Shown here one piece after another: positions 9,360 to 17,490 of a stretch of 37,219 bases of DNA. The DNA comes from Chloroflexia bacterium. GTDB lineage: Bacteria; Chloroflexota; Chloroflexia; QHBQ01; JADMIH01. The DNA lies in assembly GCA_038246925.1 (NCBI GenBank), contig JBBRVL010000003.1, positions 1-37,219 on the forward strand, in the 5' to 3' direction. The notes under the pieces were generated by a model, which worked only from the letters and a program-made list of their open reading frames with translations, was not told the origin of the DNA and searched no databases. Each line of letters starts with the position of its first letter. Within the stretch, counting starts at the first letter, position 1. The position numbers and the translations under genes are program-made.

Positions 9360-11414
9360 CTATGGTTTAGCTGGAGTATTACACTCCGGAAAGAAGGTGT
9401 TAGCCACGATCTTAGAGGTCTGGCCCCGAGTGGCGTTGTTCTGGGGGCGGAAGTATGGCTTACCTGAGATGCACGGCTCGCCCGCACCGCCGCAAGGATA
9501 GCCACTCATGATGCCTCTTGAAGCCAGTCGTTGTATCCACTCGAAGAAGGTGTGCGTTGGAGGCACATCCTCGAATATCTGCTCGCCTGGTGGGTTACTA
9601 TACTGTGCCGCGTTAGAAACTATCTTCGAGATTTGTCCGCGTGTCGCGTTGGCATTAGGACGGAAGTACGGCTTGCCCGATATACACGGTTCTCCCACAC
9701 CACCGCATTCGTAGCCACCTATGTGTCCCCTGGTGGCGAGGCGTTGTATGAAGTCATAGAAGGTGTGGGTTGGCCTTACATCCTCGAAGCGCTGTTCGCC
9801 TGGGTCTTCGGCGAAGCCTGCCGAGTTGGACACGATCTTGGAGAGTTGGCCTCTTGTCACCTCATTATTGGGTCGGAAGGTGCAATCACCGTAGCCGCTG
9901 ATTATGCCGTGCTCGACAAGGCACTGGACAAATGGGTGGAAAGTACTCCCTGGCAGAACATCGCTGAAGCTGCCGGGTGTACAAGGAGTGGGGCTTGGGG
10001 TTGGCGCGGGAGTATTAGTAGCACCTGGCGTACCTATCAAACAAGGGTTGTTGTACCGCTCGATAAGAGTACCTGTGTTGGTCTGATTATAAGTACCTAC
10101 AGCCCAGAGGTCGTTGGGAGAGATAGCTTCTGCTGAGAAGAAACGGTTTGATTGTCCTTCGACATTCGGGCTGGGGACAACACTCCATGCAGCGCCGTCC
10201 CAGTGCAATACCAGGGTCTGCTTGGTGCCGGTTCTCGGACCATAGCCTCCGACGGCCCATGCATCGGTCGCTGAGATGACTTCTACTCCTCTGAGATAGG
10301 AATCGCCTGTGCCAACGTTGGGGCTGGGCACCTCATTCCAATTGGTCCCGTCCCAATGCTTCGTGACGGTTTGCAGAGGCTCCTCAGTAGTGGGGCTGTT
10401 GCCTTTTTCGCCCACAGCCCATACGTCATTAGTCGATGCAGCCGCAGCCCCGTAAAGCCGAGCGCCGTGTACCCCGCCAGTGTCGAAAATGAAACTCCAC
10501 CGAATGCCATCCCAATGGTAGATTACGTCGTTGTAGCTATTGGCGTCCGAGTCGTGCTGACCTACTGCCCAAACGTCGTTGGCTGAGAGGGCAACGGCAG
10601 CATTCAGCCGGATGGAACCGATTTCAGGCGGTGGGTCATTAGTAGGTACTTCAACCCATTGCTCTCCGTCCCAGTGCAGAAAGGTGGGTTGAAGTCCGTA
10701 GTTACCTACCGACCAGATGTCGTTCGCGGATATTGCCGCTATTCCATTCAACCTGCCAGGGTCCGGCAGAGCGATAATGCTCCACTGAGTCCCGTTCCAG
10801 TGTTCTATTAGTGGAGCTACTTGAGTGCAGTCACCTGTGCAATGGTAGCCTACAGCCCACACATTATTGGCTGCCAGCGCCGCTACTCCGGTGAGATAGT
10901 TGTTACGCGACGGGACGTTGGCGCTGGGGATGATAGTCCATCGTTGGCCGTTCCAGCGTTGGACAAGTGTTTGAGCCACGCCCGCGCTGCTTGAATAGCC
11001 AACAGCCCAGACATCGTTAGCTGAGCTTGATGAGAGCGCGCTCAGAACGGTATCTCCACCTTCTACGTTAGGGCTAGAGACAATACCCCAGCAGCCGGAG
11101 ACGAGCGGGTTTTCTGAGATAGGTAGTCCCGCATTCCCCGCAAGAAACGCAATGCTTCCAGCCGCAAACGCTAACAAGCCGGTCATAGCCATTGCCATAC
11201 TGACCCTGAAACGGCTCCTGCTTGCGACCGGGGTCATTCGTCCCACTCCCGGCTGGGGAGATTCTGATTCTATATGTATAGGCGAGGGCGCGGCCTTGTG
11301 CGCTGAATAGCTGGCCTGTACTCGCTCTCTGATTGCGGGCCAGGGGTCTTTCCCAGTCGGCATATCTGCCTCAGCGTGCTCTCTGAGCACATCTCTCACG
11401 AAATCTTCACTCAC
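9360..11414 (-). CDS. Putative anti-sigma factor: cytoplasmic N-domain, single TM, 7 NDVWAVG propeller repeats, 3 SLH domains
   Basis: GTG start with GAGGAG RBS, directly downstream of the ECF sigma. N-terminus MSEDFVRDVLREHAEADMPTGKDPWPAIRERV is followed by a TM at about aa 71-93 rather than a cleavable signal peptide. Repeats and SLH motifs as in the neighbouring gene. The anti-sigma role is inferred. Confidence 0.7.
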   Translation of the reverse strand: MSEDFVRDVLREHAEADMPTGKDPWPAIRERVQASYSAHKAAPSPIHIESESPQPGVGRMTPVASRSRFRVSMAMAMTGLLAFAAGSIAFLAGNAGLPISENPLVSGCWGIVSSPNVEGGDTVLSALSSSSANDVWAVGYSSSAGVAQTLVQRWNGQRWTIIPSANVPSRNNYLTGVAALAANNVWAVGYHCTGDCTQVAPLIEHWNGTQWSIIALPDPGRLNGIAAISANDIWSVGNYGLQPTFLHWDGEQWVEVPTNDPPPEIGSIRLNAAVALSANDVWAVGQHDSDANSYNDVIYHWDGIRWSFIFDTGGVHGARLYGAAAASTNDVWAVGEKGNSPTTEEPLQTVTKHWDGTNWNEVPSPNVGTGDSYLRGVEVISATDAWAVGGYGPRTGTKQTLVLHWDGAAWSVVPSPNVEGQSNRFFSAEAISPNDLWAVGTYNQTNTGTLIERYNNPCLIGTPGATNTPAPTPSPTPCTPGSFSDVLPGSTFHPFVQCLVEHGIISGYGDCTFRPNNEVTRGQLSKIVSNSAGFAEDPGEQRFEDVRPTHTFYDFIQRLATRGHIGGYECGGVGEPCISGKPYFRPNANATRGQISKIVSNAAQYSNPPGEQIFEDVPPTHTFFEWIQRLASRGIMSGYPCGGAGEPCISGKPYFRPQNNATRGQTSKIVANTFFPECNTPAKP

Positions 11415-11512
11415 GGTCTTTCTCCTCTAGCAATCGTCACCGGGCTGCCTCAACTGATTCCATCGTCCACAGATCAAATCTTCCTGTTCGTTGGGGGATA
11501 GGAGGGTGAATA

Positions 11513-12061
11513 TCATTCCGCTCGGTGCGCGGGTAGCAACTTCCGCAGCCGCTTGCGCGCATCGTGCAATCTCCGCCTGATCGTGCCTGGGGGTACATCC
11601 AGCCTGGTGGCCGCTTCGAGGTCACTTATGTTCAGGTAATATTTCATAACTATGGCCGCACGCTGGCCGGGAGCTAGCTTGTACAAGGCTGTCAGGACTT
11701 CTTCCCGGGTCTCCGCAGCCTCAAGGACCTCTACGACATCAAGTTCAGGGGCCGGGATGTCCAGACCTGACCTTTCCGTGTAGGCATCGAGGGAAAGATC
11801 ACGCCTACCGGCAGCTACTTTAAGCGCGATGTTCACAACAGTACGCAGAAACCAGGGTGCGAACGGGCGGGAGTTGTCGAATGTGCCGATTCGCTCGTAG
11901 GCGTTCACGAAAGCCGATTGGGCCACATCTTCCGCCAGCATCCAGTCGTCTAATATCAGGTATGCGGCCTGCATTGCCTGAGTGTGATATCGTCGCACCA
12001 GCATTTCGAGGCCATCGATGTCATGAGCTTGTAGCTTCGCAACGGCTTCCTGATCCGTCAT
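11513..12061 (-). CDS. ECF (sigma-70 group 4) RNA polymerase sigma factor
   Basis: Region 2 (AEDVAQSAFVNAYERIGTFDNSRPFAPWFLRTVVN) and region 4 (LAPGQRAAIVMKYY...EAATRLDVPPGTIRRRLHDARKRLR). Start moved to ATG 12061, which has a GGGAGG RBS. Confidence 0.93.
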   Translation of the reverse strand: MTDQEAVAKLQAHDIDGLEMLVRRYHTQAMQAAYLILDDWMLAEDVAQSAFVNAYERIGTFDNSRPFAPWFLRTVVNIALKVAAGRRDLSLDAYTERSGLDIPAPELDVVEVLEAAETREEVLTALYKLAPGQRAAIVMKYYLNISDLEAATRLDVPPGTIRRRLHDARKRLRKLLPAHRAE

Positions 12062-12221
12062 GGGCCTCCCACCCGTCACGGTGTCCCCGAAACCGGTATT
12101 GCTATATTCTCTTTGAAGGTTCCTTCGATATACATTATCCGGTCACCCTCGATTCTGTTCGGGGTCAACTCGATAAATAATACAATTCTCAGTTAGACCA
12201 CAGTTTTAAGGATAAGCAAAT

Positions 12222-12247
12222 GTAGGGGCGGACCTGTGTGTCCGCCC
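12222..12247 (+). repeat. GTAG-family REP palindrome
   Basis: GTAGGGGCGGACCTGTGTGTCCGCCC; related copies at 16599, 16660 and 27700. Confidence 0.8.
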
Positions 12248-12348
12248 TGCGTTATGCCTTACCCTTTCTATCACGAGTCATGATAAACCGGGATGCAAAT
12301 GGAGCTTTGCTAACAGGCACTTCGATTAAGCTGCGGGATTGGTTCGGG

Positions 12349-12401
12349 AGCTGATAGCTGATAGCTGATAGCTGATAGCTGATAGCTGATAGCTGATAGC
12401 T
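12349..12401. repeat. Heptamer tandem repeat (AGCTGAT) x about 7.5
   Basis: Perfect 7-bp period read directly, 35 bp past the DUF881 stop. Confidence 0.95.
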
Positions 12402-12435
12402 CCGTTGAGGAACAGTGTATCCCGATTGGCTGTCG

Positions 12436-13131
12436 CTAGGGCGCAGGCTGAGAGTATGTCTGGGGGAAGTCGAGATTGCTCTTTGGGATACGCACCCACT
12501 TGGCTTTCTCATCGACGTGGTGGCGTATGACCTCTATCTGAAGGGAGGAGTTACCGGCCTGGAGAAGGGCTATCAGGCCGCCTTTGCGTTGGAGAGCAGG
12601 CGCCAGGGTGTCGGGGTCGCCTATTGCTTCGAGGCGATAGGGTCGAGAGAGGAGTTGGCGGTCGATGACTACCTGTCCCGTCTCGTCGCCGATCATGGCC
12701 GAGCGCGTCACAACTCGCACTCCGTTCACCGAGATCGCCTCGGCGGAAGCGTTACGCAGTTCGTTTACCAGGTCCTGCAACTCCAACACGCTGACTTCAC
12801 CACCGACGAAGACTGTCACTCCCGGCCCGGTAAGCTCGACTTCGCCGTTTGCCATTCGCAAGGTTTGCAGGTCGCGGACAACGCTGTCGTAGTTGGTAGT
12901 GCTGCCGGTGCCGCCCTGCTCATACCGGGCAAGCTCACCCGATAAATCGCTTACCTGGCTGCGAAGCCGGGTGTTGCTGTCGTAAAGCTGGCTGATGAAG
13001 GTCGCCTGGTCGCTCGCAGACGTGGGCACATCTTGCAGGGCGAGCCTGCGAGTGCGAAACTGGGTCACCAGCATCACACCGAGAAGCATGCAGAGCAGGC
13101 CGATTATTAGTTGTGAGTGTAATCTGTTCAT
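12436..13131 (-). CDS. DUF881 family protein
   Basis: N-terminal TM (GLLCMLLGVMLVTQF), coiled coil, GEVELTGPGVTV, LQDLVNELRNASAEAISVNGVRVV, PYRLEAIGDP. Confidence 0.9.
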   Translation of the reverse strand: MNRLHSQLIIGLLCMLLGVMLVTQFRTRRLALQDVPTSASDQATFISQLYDSNTRLRSQVSDLSGELARYEQGGTGSTTNYDSVVRDLQTLRMANGEVELTGPGVTVFVGGEVSVLELQDLVNELRNASAEAISVNGVRVVTRSAMIGDETGQVVIDRQLLSRPYRLEAIGDPDTLAPALQRKGGLIALLQAGNSSLQIEVIRHHVDEKAKWVRIPKSNLDFPQTYSQPAP

Positions 13132-13132
13132 T

Positions 13133-13200
13133 TTAGTTGTTAGTTGTTAGTTGTTAGTTGTTAGTACCGTTCTTGTCACTAAGAACTAACAACTAACAAC
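13133..13200. repeat. Inverted heptamer arrays (TTAGTTG) x about 4.7 / (ACTAACA) x about 3, forming a potential hairpin
   Basis: Fills nearly the whole 72-bp gap between the two DUF881 genes, with a 12-bp spacer. Confidence 0.9.
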
Positions 13201-13203
13201 CCG

Positions 13204-14110
13204 TCAAGGCGTGGTCGCGTATTTGAAGACCAGTGAGCCGTTATAGGCCGGGACCTGTACATCTCGGTTAAGCTCGACATTCACGGGTAGGTCGTATATC
13301 TGAGCGCGCTGGTTGAACTTCGCCATCTGGGGCGAGCCTGTCAGGGCAGCCCCAAGCGCTTCCGGCTCACCAATTGCCCGCACTTCGTAAGGAGGTGATA
13401 AGCGCGTGGCATTGCAAATCACGGTCGTACCGACGCAATAGAGAGAGGTGTTGCTTACTATTCGCTCGCCATTGAGGGCTATGGCTTCGGCACCTGCGGC
13501 CCAGAGGGTATTGAGGATGTCGCGCAAGTCGTAATCGTGCAGGATGTAGTTAGCCGGGTCTTCGTTCTCCGGCACAGAGCGAGCGGCGCTGTCATCGAAG
13601 GTCGCTGTAATACCTGGGCCGTGTACAGGTATCATGCCGGAGACCATACGCTGCTGCTCGATCTGTTGGTTGATATCCGACAAGCTCGTCTTTTGTTTGG
13701 CTTCGGTGGCCTGTACTTCGTTGAGGCGGGAGCGCAAGTCTGCGATCTGCTTTTTCAGGTCGGCTTGCTCATCTTCTAGCCTGCCTATGGTAGATACCAC
13801 GATCTCACGGCCTGATTGGCGAGTGACAGGGGAAGATGGAGTAGCACCCGCAGCCTGGGGCTGCCACTGGGTCGAGAGGAGAAGGCCGACTGAGATGCCA
13901 CCTAGCAGGAGCACTCCACTCAGCCAGAGGGTAGAAGGAGATGCGGTCGCGCGAAGGCGTGCCGTATGTAGTGCCGTACAACGCCTCCAAGAAGTTAGGA
14001 GATGCGGTCGCGCGAAGGCGTGCCAGCGGGGTTGTTACATGAGAAGATGAAAGAAGGTGCCCCACGTGGCGCTCGGCTGGCCTGGTGCTACGAGGTCGAA
14101 AGTTTGCCAT
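13204..14110 (-). pseudogene. DUF881 family protein, apparently frameshifted near its 5' end (intact domain in 13204..13914)
   Basis: DUF881 motifs GMIPVHGPGITATFDD, LRDILNTLWAAGAEAIALNGERI, SPPYEVRAIG. The RBS-bearing ATG at 14110 (GGAG-N5-ATG) is 196 nt (out of frame) from GTG 13914; removing the 61-bp repeat+spacer restores the frame. Could instead be translated from GTG 13914 or be an assembly indel. Confidence 0.6.
13936..14024. repeat. Perfect 28-bp direct repeat flanking a 33-bp segment
   Basis: AGGAGATGCGGTCGCGCGAAGGCGTGCC at 13936-13963 and 13997-14024; intervening GTATGTAGTGCCGTACAACGCCTCCAAGAAGTT. Confidence 0.95.
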
Positions 14111-14339
14111 AGTGTCTCCAACGGAAAGGCATACTACGAGTACGAAATAGGCCACGCCCCCGCACCGGAGGCAATGGTCCCTCCTAACATACTCCATTTG
14201 TACCACTATACTAACGCATGTGGCAGCAAAAAGGTGCGCAATAAGCAGGCCACTGTAAGACTGTAAGATTAAGAGACAGAAAATGCCAAAGACTAGATCA
14301 AGCCTTTGGTCATCAGCCTTGCGCCAGGCCAAATATAGG

Positions 14340-14425
14340 GGCGGAGAGAGTGGGATACGAACCCACGGACCTCATCGGTCATCCGTTTTCAAGACGGACG
14401 CATTCGACCGCTCTGCCATCTCTCC
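14340..14425 (-). tRNA. tRNA-Ser (anticodon TGA)
   Basis: GGAGAGA acceptor stem, D-arm, TCCGT-CT-TGA-AA-ACGGA anticodon arm, long variable arm, GTGGG-TTCGTAT-CCCAC T-arm, discriminator G. The 3' end reads GCCC, so the full CCA is not encoded. Confidence 0.95.
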
Positions 14426-14431
14426 ACGGTA

Positions 14432-14460
14432 ATTGTACCAAAGGGGGCAGTGGGCGTCAA
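14432..14460 (-). promoter_or_regulatory. Sigma70-type promoter of tRNA-Ser
   Basis: TTGACG-N17-TACAAT ending 6 nt before the tRNA 5' end. Confidence 0.7.
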
Positions 14461-14462
14461 CG

Positions 14463-14546
14463 GGGGTTAGGGGTTAGGGGTTAGGGGTTAGGGGTTAGGG
14501 GTTAGGGATTAGGGGTTAGGGATTAGGGGTTAGGGGTTAGGGATTA
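14463..14546. repeat. Heptamer tandem repeat (GGGRTTA) x12, potential G-quadruplex
   Basis: Nine GGGGTTA and three GGGATTA units between the dehydratase stop and the tRNA -35 box. Confidence 0.95.
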
Positions 14547-14558
14547 GGGATCGGAGAA

Positions 14559-15566
14559 TTAGCGCAGGAAGAAGCCTTCTGCTACCGGGTCGTTGGGGTC
14601 GACAAGCCACTGGGCGAACCCTACGATGTAACCCTGGCCCGATACCTCCGGGATAACGGCAGGCAGGTCGCCGACAGTTGTCTCTTCCAGCACCCGTCCT
14701 ACAAAGTGAGTGCCTATAATGCTCTCGTTGACGAACGACTGGCCTATTTTCAGCCGTCCGCGAGCGTACAGTTGGGCCACCCGTCCTGCTGTGCCCGTTC
14801 CGGTAGGCGAGCGGTCGACTTCCCGATCAGCGAAGATGCATATGTTCGCCTGGTCGGCTCCAGGCTGTGGAGGCGGGCCGTCGATGATGGTGCCGTAAAT
14901 GCCGCGCAGTTCAGGCTCTAACGGGTGGACCACCTGTATAGCTGCTTCGACTGCGTGCTTAACCTCCTCCCCAAGCTGGATCAATGAGCGGTAATCCGAG
15001 GGCCTGACTGCCAGCCTGGCCTGGGCAGCATCCAGGTATGCGTAAAATGCCCCGCCGAATGCTATATCTACCGTCAGCGCGCCAAAGCCCGGCGTTTCTA
15101 CCGTCAAATCTCGCGTGTATAGGAACGATGGCACGTTGCGGAAGCGGGTACGCCCCGTCCTCTCCCCATCCCATTCTACGAACGCTTCAACGAACCCAGC
15201 GGGTGTATCCAGCCCGACGCGTGTCTCAGGCGTCACGGCAGGCACCATACCGGTTGCCACAGCTACCGCTGCCAGGGCAATTACCCCATGCCCACACATG
15301 GTGCTGTAGCCCTCGTTGTGCATGAAGATTACTCCGAGGTCAGCTTCTGGCGTGACAGGCGGCGTTACATAGCAGCCGTACATGTCCGCATGGCCTCGCG
15401 GTTCGTGCATCAACGCTCGCCGCACGTGGTCGAGGTGCTCTTGTGCCCACCTCCGCCGTTCAAGAATAGTCGCCCCCTGGATTTGCGGCACCCCTCCGGT
15501 GACGACCCGCAAAGGTTCGCCAGCCGTGTGGCACTCAATAGTGGAATAAATGCGGTTGAATTGCAT
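14559..15566 (-). CDS. Proline racemase family protein, Cys/Thr type: probable trans-3-hydroxy-L-proline dehydratase
   Basis: HTAGEPLR, EPRGHADMYG, MCGH (Cys) and DRSPTGTG (Thr replacing the second catalytic Cys), the pattern of t3LHyp dehydratases. Confidence 0.88.
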   Translation of the reverse strand: MQFNRIYSTIECHTAGEPLRVVTGGVPQIQGATILERRRWAQEHLDHVRRALMHEPRGHADMYGCYVTPPVTPEADLGVIFMHNEGYSTMCGHGVIALAAVAVATGMVPAVTPETRVGLDTPAGFVEAFVEWDGERTGRTRFRNVPSFLYTRDLTVETPGFGALTVDIAFGGAFYAYLDAAQARLAVRPSDYRSLIQLGEEVKHAVEAAIQVVHPLEPELRGIYGTIIDGPPPQPGADQANICIFADREVDRSPTGTGTAGRVAQLYARGRLKIGQSFVNESIIGTHFVGRVLEETTVGDLPAVIPEVSGQGYIVGFAQWLVDPNDPVAEGFFLR

Positions 15567-15614
15567 ATGAGAGATTCCTTCGATGCGGCTACGTATGGGC
15601 TATAATAGCCTAGC

Positions 15615-16526
15615 ATGAAGGTACTCAATGCGCAAGAAACAGCGGCCTTATTGCCTTATCCAGCACTCGCCGAACAGCTGAGAGCAGTACTTGTCGATAA
15701 GCGTGCAGGTAGGGCCAGCGCGCCATCCCGCCTGCACGTTCCTCTCGCAGGCGGAGGCGTCCTGTTGCTTATGCCTGCCGCCGACGACGAGCTTACCATC
15801 ACCAAGTTAGTTACTGTGCATGCTCATAATGCGGCCCAGGGGCTGCCTAGCGTGCAAGCCGAGGTGATAGTATTCGATACACGCACGGGAGAGCGTCTAC
15901 TCTGGTTGGATGGGGTCACCGTTACGGCCCGGCGCACGGCAGCCTTATCTCTGCTCGCCGCACAGACGCTTGCCCCTAACCCCGCAGGACCACTGTTGAT
16001 TGTCGGCGCGGGAACGCAGGGCCGAACTCACCTGGAGGCTATGCCGCAGGGACTAGGGGTGCCGCAAGTTTATATCGCTTCACGGGACCTGTCCCATGCC
16101 GAGGAACTCGCCACTTACGCCCGCTCTTTAGGAGTTGACGCCCAGGCTATTTCTCGACCGGCGGACGTGCTTGCTCGCACGCCCTTGATTGTTACGGCCA
16201 CCACAAGTTCTACTCCGGTCCTCCCTGCGGAGGTACGTGCGGATGCCTTTATTGCAGCCGTAGGGGCCTTCCAGCCAGATCGTGCCGAATTGCCGTCTGA
16301 TTTAGTGCAGGCCGCACATCTCTTCGTGGACACGCTGGAAGGAGCAAGGGCAGAGGCAGGCGACTTGATCCTGGCGGGAGTCGATTGGGGGCGCGTTACT
16401 CCTTTGGAAGAGGCAATAGCTTTGCCCAGGCCAATCGATGGCCCGGTGATCTTCAAAAGCGTGGGCCACGCCCTGTGGGACCTGGCCGCCGCTCGTCTCG
16501 CTTGGAGTCGCCTGGATAAAAGCTAA
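15615..16526 (+). CDS. Ornithine cyclodeaminase/mu-crystallin family: probable delta1-pyrroline-2-carboxylate reductase (LhpI-like)
   Basis: LLMPA...KLVTVH, VTARRTAALSLLA, GAGTQG, AVGAFQPDRAELP, FKSVGHALWDLAAA; adjacent to the t3LHyp dehydratase. Confidence 0.85.
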   Translation: MKVLNAQETAALLPYPALAEQLRAVLVDKRAGRASAPSRLHVPLAGGGVLLLMPAADDELTITKLVTVHAHNAAQGLPSVQAEVIVFDTRTGERLLWLDGVTVTARRTAALSLLAAQTLAPNPAGPLLIVGAGTQGRTHLEAMPQGLGVPQVYIASRDLSHAEELATYARSLGVDAQAISRPADVLARTPLIVTATTSSTPVLPAEVRADAFIAAVGAFQPDRAELPSDLVQAAHLFVDTLEGARAEAGDLILAGVDWGRVTPLEEAIALPRPIDGPVIFKSVGHALWDLAAARLAWSRLDKS

Positions 16527-16598
16527 GGCGGGCATTTCATCACCTCATCTTGGGGCCACTGACCCCAGTGTTTAATCGTTCTCGATAGAGAAATGTAT

Positions 16599-16685
16599 GT
16601 AGGGGCGGACCCATGTGTGCGCCCGGTTCGCCTGCCGGAAAGATCGTGGGAAGGCAAGAGGGCGGACACATGGGTCCGCCCCTAC
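16599..16685. repeat. Inverted GTAG-REP doublet (REPIN-like)
   Basis: GTAGGGGCGGACCCATGTGTGCGCCC (16599-16624) and GGGCGGACACATGGGTCCGCCCCTAC (16660-16685). Confidence 0.85.
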
Positions 16686-16738
16686 GATTACACCTCCTTG
16701 CCGAGAATGATTATACCCTGACTGATCCCAAAGTCTGA

Positions 16739-16767
16739 TTGACACAAGACCCGCCAGTTGGTATGAT
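16739..16767 (+). promoter_or_regulatory. Sigma70-type promoter upstream of the DUF2087 gene and ispH
   Basis: TTGACA-N17-TATGAT. Confidence 0.65.
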
Positions 16768-16821
16768 TCATGTGTAAGATGAGCAGGCCCTTGCTTGTTT
16801 TTATGTAGGGGCGTGAAGAAG

Positions 16822-17436
16822 ATGGAAACATTGATAGGCGAGAAGAAAGATGCATCTGCAGAAGTAGCCGCCGATAACGGTGTCGAGGCGCTGGTCAATC
16901 TGGCGAGCGCGTTGTTCGATCTCGATAGGCTGCGCATCACTGCTGCCCTCTCGAATGGGCCTGCGAACAGGATGGAGCTTGCCGAGAAGGTAGGGCTTTC
17001 TCACAGAGAGCTTATCCGGCAGTTGGACCTTTTGCAGTACTTTGGGCTTGCCAGACAGGAGAACCCATCTGCGGGGCATCCCGACCAATATACGCGCTAC
17101 GTCCTTAACGAAGACGGCTTCCGGCAGGCGAGGCAGGCGATGGCGAAGTACCGTGGCCAGAAGCCGCGTCCGACCGACGCCCGCGAAATGACCCTTGAGA
17201 CCTTCATGCCGGGTGGCAAGTTGACCGTCTTCCCCAAGAAGCACGAGCAGTTGCTAGTGATCCTGGATGAAGTAGCGGAGAGATTCGAGTTCAAAAAGCA
17301 CTATAAAGAGCGAGAGATAAACGTTATATTAGAGGAAGTAAACGAAGATTACTGCACCTTGCGCCGTATGCTGGTTGATTACCAGTATCTTACTCGGGCC
17401 AAGGGGATATACAGCCGGTTGCCTGATGCGCTGTAG
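16822..17436 (+). CDS. ArsR-like wHTH + DUF2087 domain protein
   Basis: ALFDLDRLRITAALSNGPANRMELAEKVGLS (HTH). C-terminal GKLTVFPKKHEQLLVIL...YKEREINVILEEVNEDYCTLRRMLVDYQYLTR (DUF2087). ATG 16822 preferred over the track's TTG. Confidence 0.85.
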   Translation: METLIGEKKDASAEVAADNGVEALVNLASALFDLDRLRITAALSNGPANRMELAEKVGLSHRELIRQLDLLQYFGLARQENPSAGHPDQYTRYVLNEDGFRQARQAMAKYRGQKPRPTDAREMTLETFMPGGKLTVFPKKHEQLLVILDEVAERFEFKKHYKEREINVILEEVNEDYCTLRRMLVDYQYLTRAKGIYSRLPDAL

Positions 17437-17456
17437 GGGCTTGATGCATCAAGCCC
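17433..17456 (+). repeat. GTAG-type palindrome overlapping the DUF2087 stop codon
   Basis: GTAGGGGCTTGATGCATCAAGCCC; the TAG stop at 17434-17436 lies inside GTAG. Confidence 0.7.
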
Positions 17457-17490
17457 TTCCTTCGGTAGGTTTCTAGGCGGAGATATAAAA

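Noticed and set aside
11427-11516. 29-aa ORF (MIFTLLSPNEQEDLICGRWNQLRQPGDDC) overlapping the ECF stop by ATGA
   Set aside because: Coupling geometry is suggestive, but it is short with no recognisable motif; needs conservation or Ribo-seq evidence.
12130-12165. Autoregulatory ECF promoter (GAAC-N16-GGATAA on the minus strand)
   Set aside because: Plausible, but too short a motif to support without a second matching copy.
12252-12512. 86-aa ORF with YQLSAIS repeats
   Set aside because: Translation of the AGCTGAT array; overlaps DUF881 in another frame.
13936-14024. Calling this a bona fide CRISPR array
   Set aside because: Only two repeats and one spacer, inside a CDS, with no leader or cas genes and no convincing further copies at +/-61 bp. 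Kept as a repeat and a hypothesis.
14110-14345. Integrative element at the tRNA-Ser 3' end
   Set aside because: No integrase and no duplicated tRNA 3' end were seen in the window.
14463-14546. Eukaryotic telomere or contamination
   Set aside because: Internal, flanked by a bacterial promoter and CDS, and one of many period-7 arrays.
16572-16940. 122-aa minus-strand ORF (VGADPCVRP...)
   Set aside because: Built from REP sequence and antisense to the DUF2087 gene.
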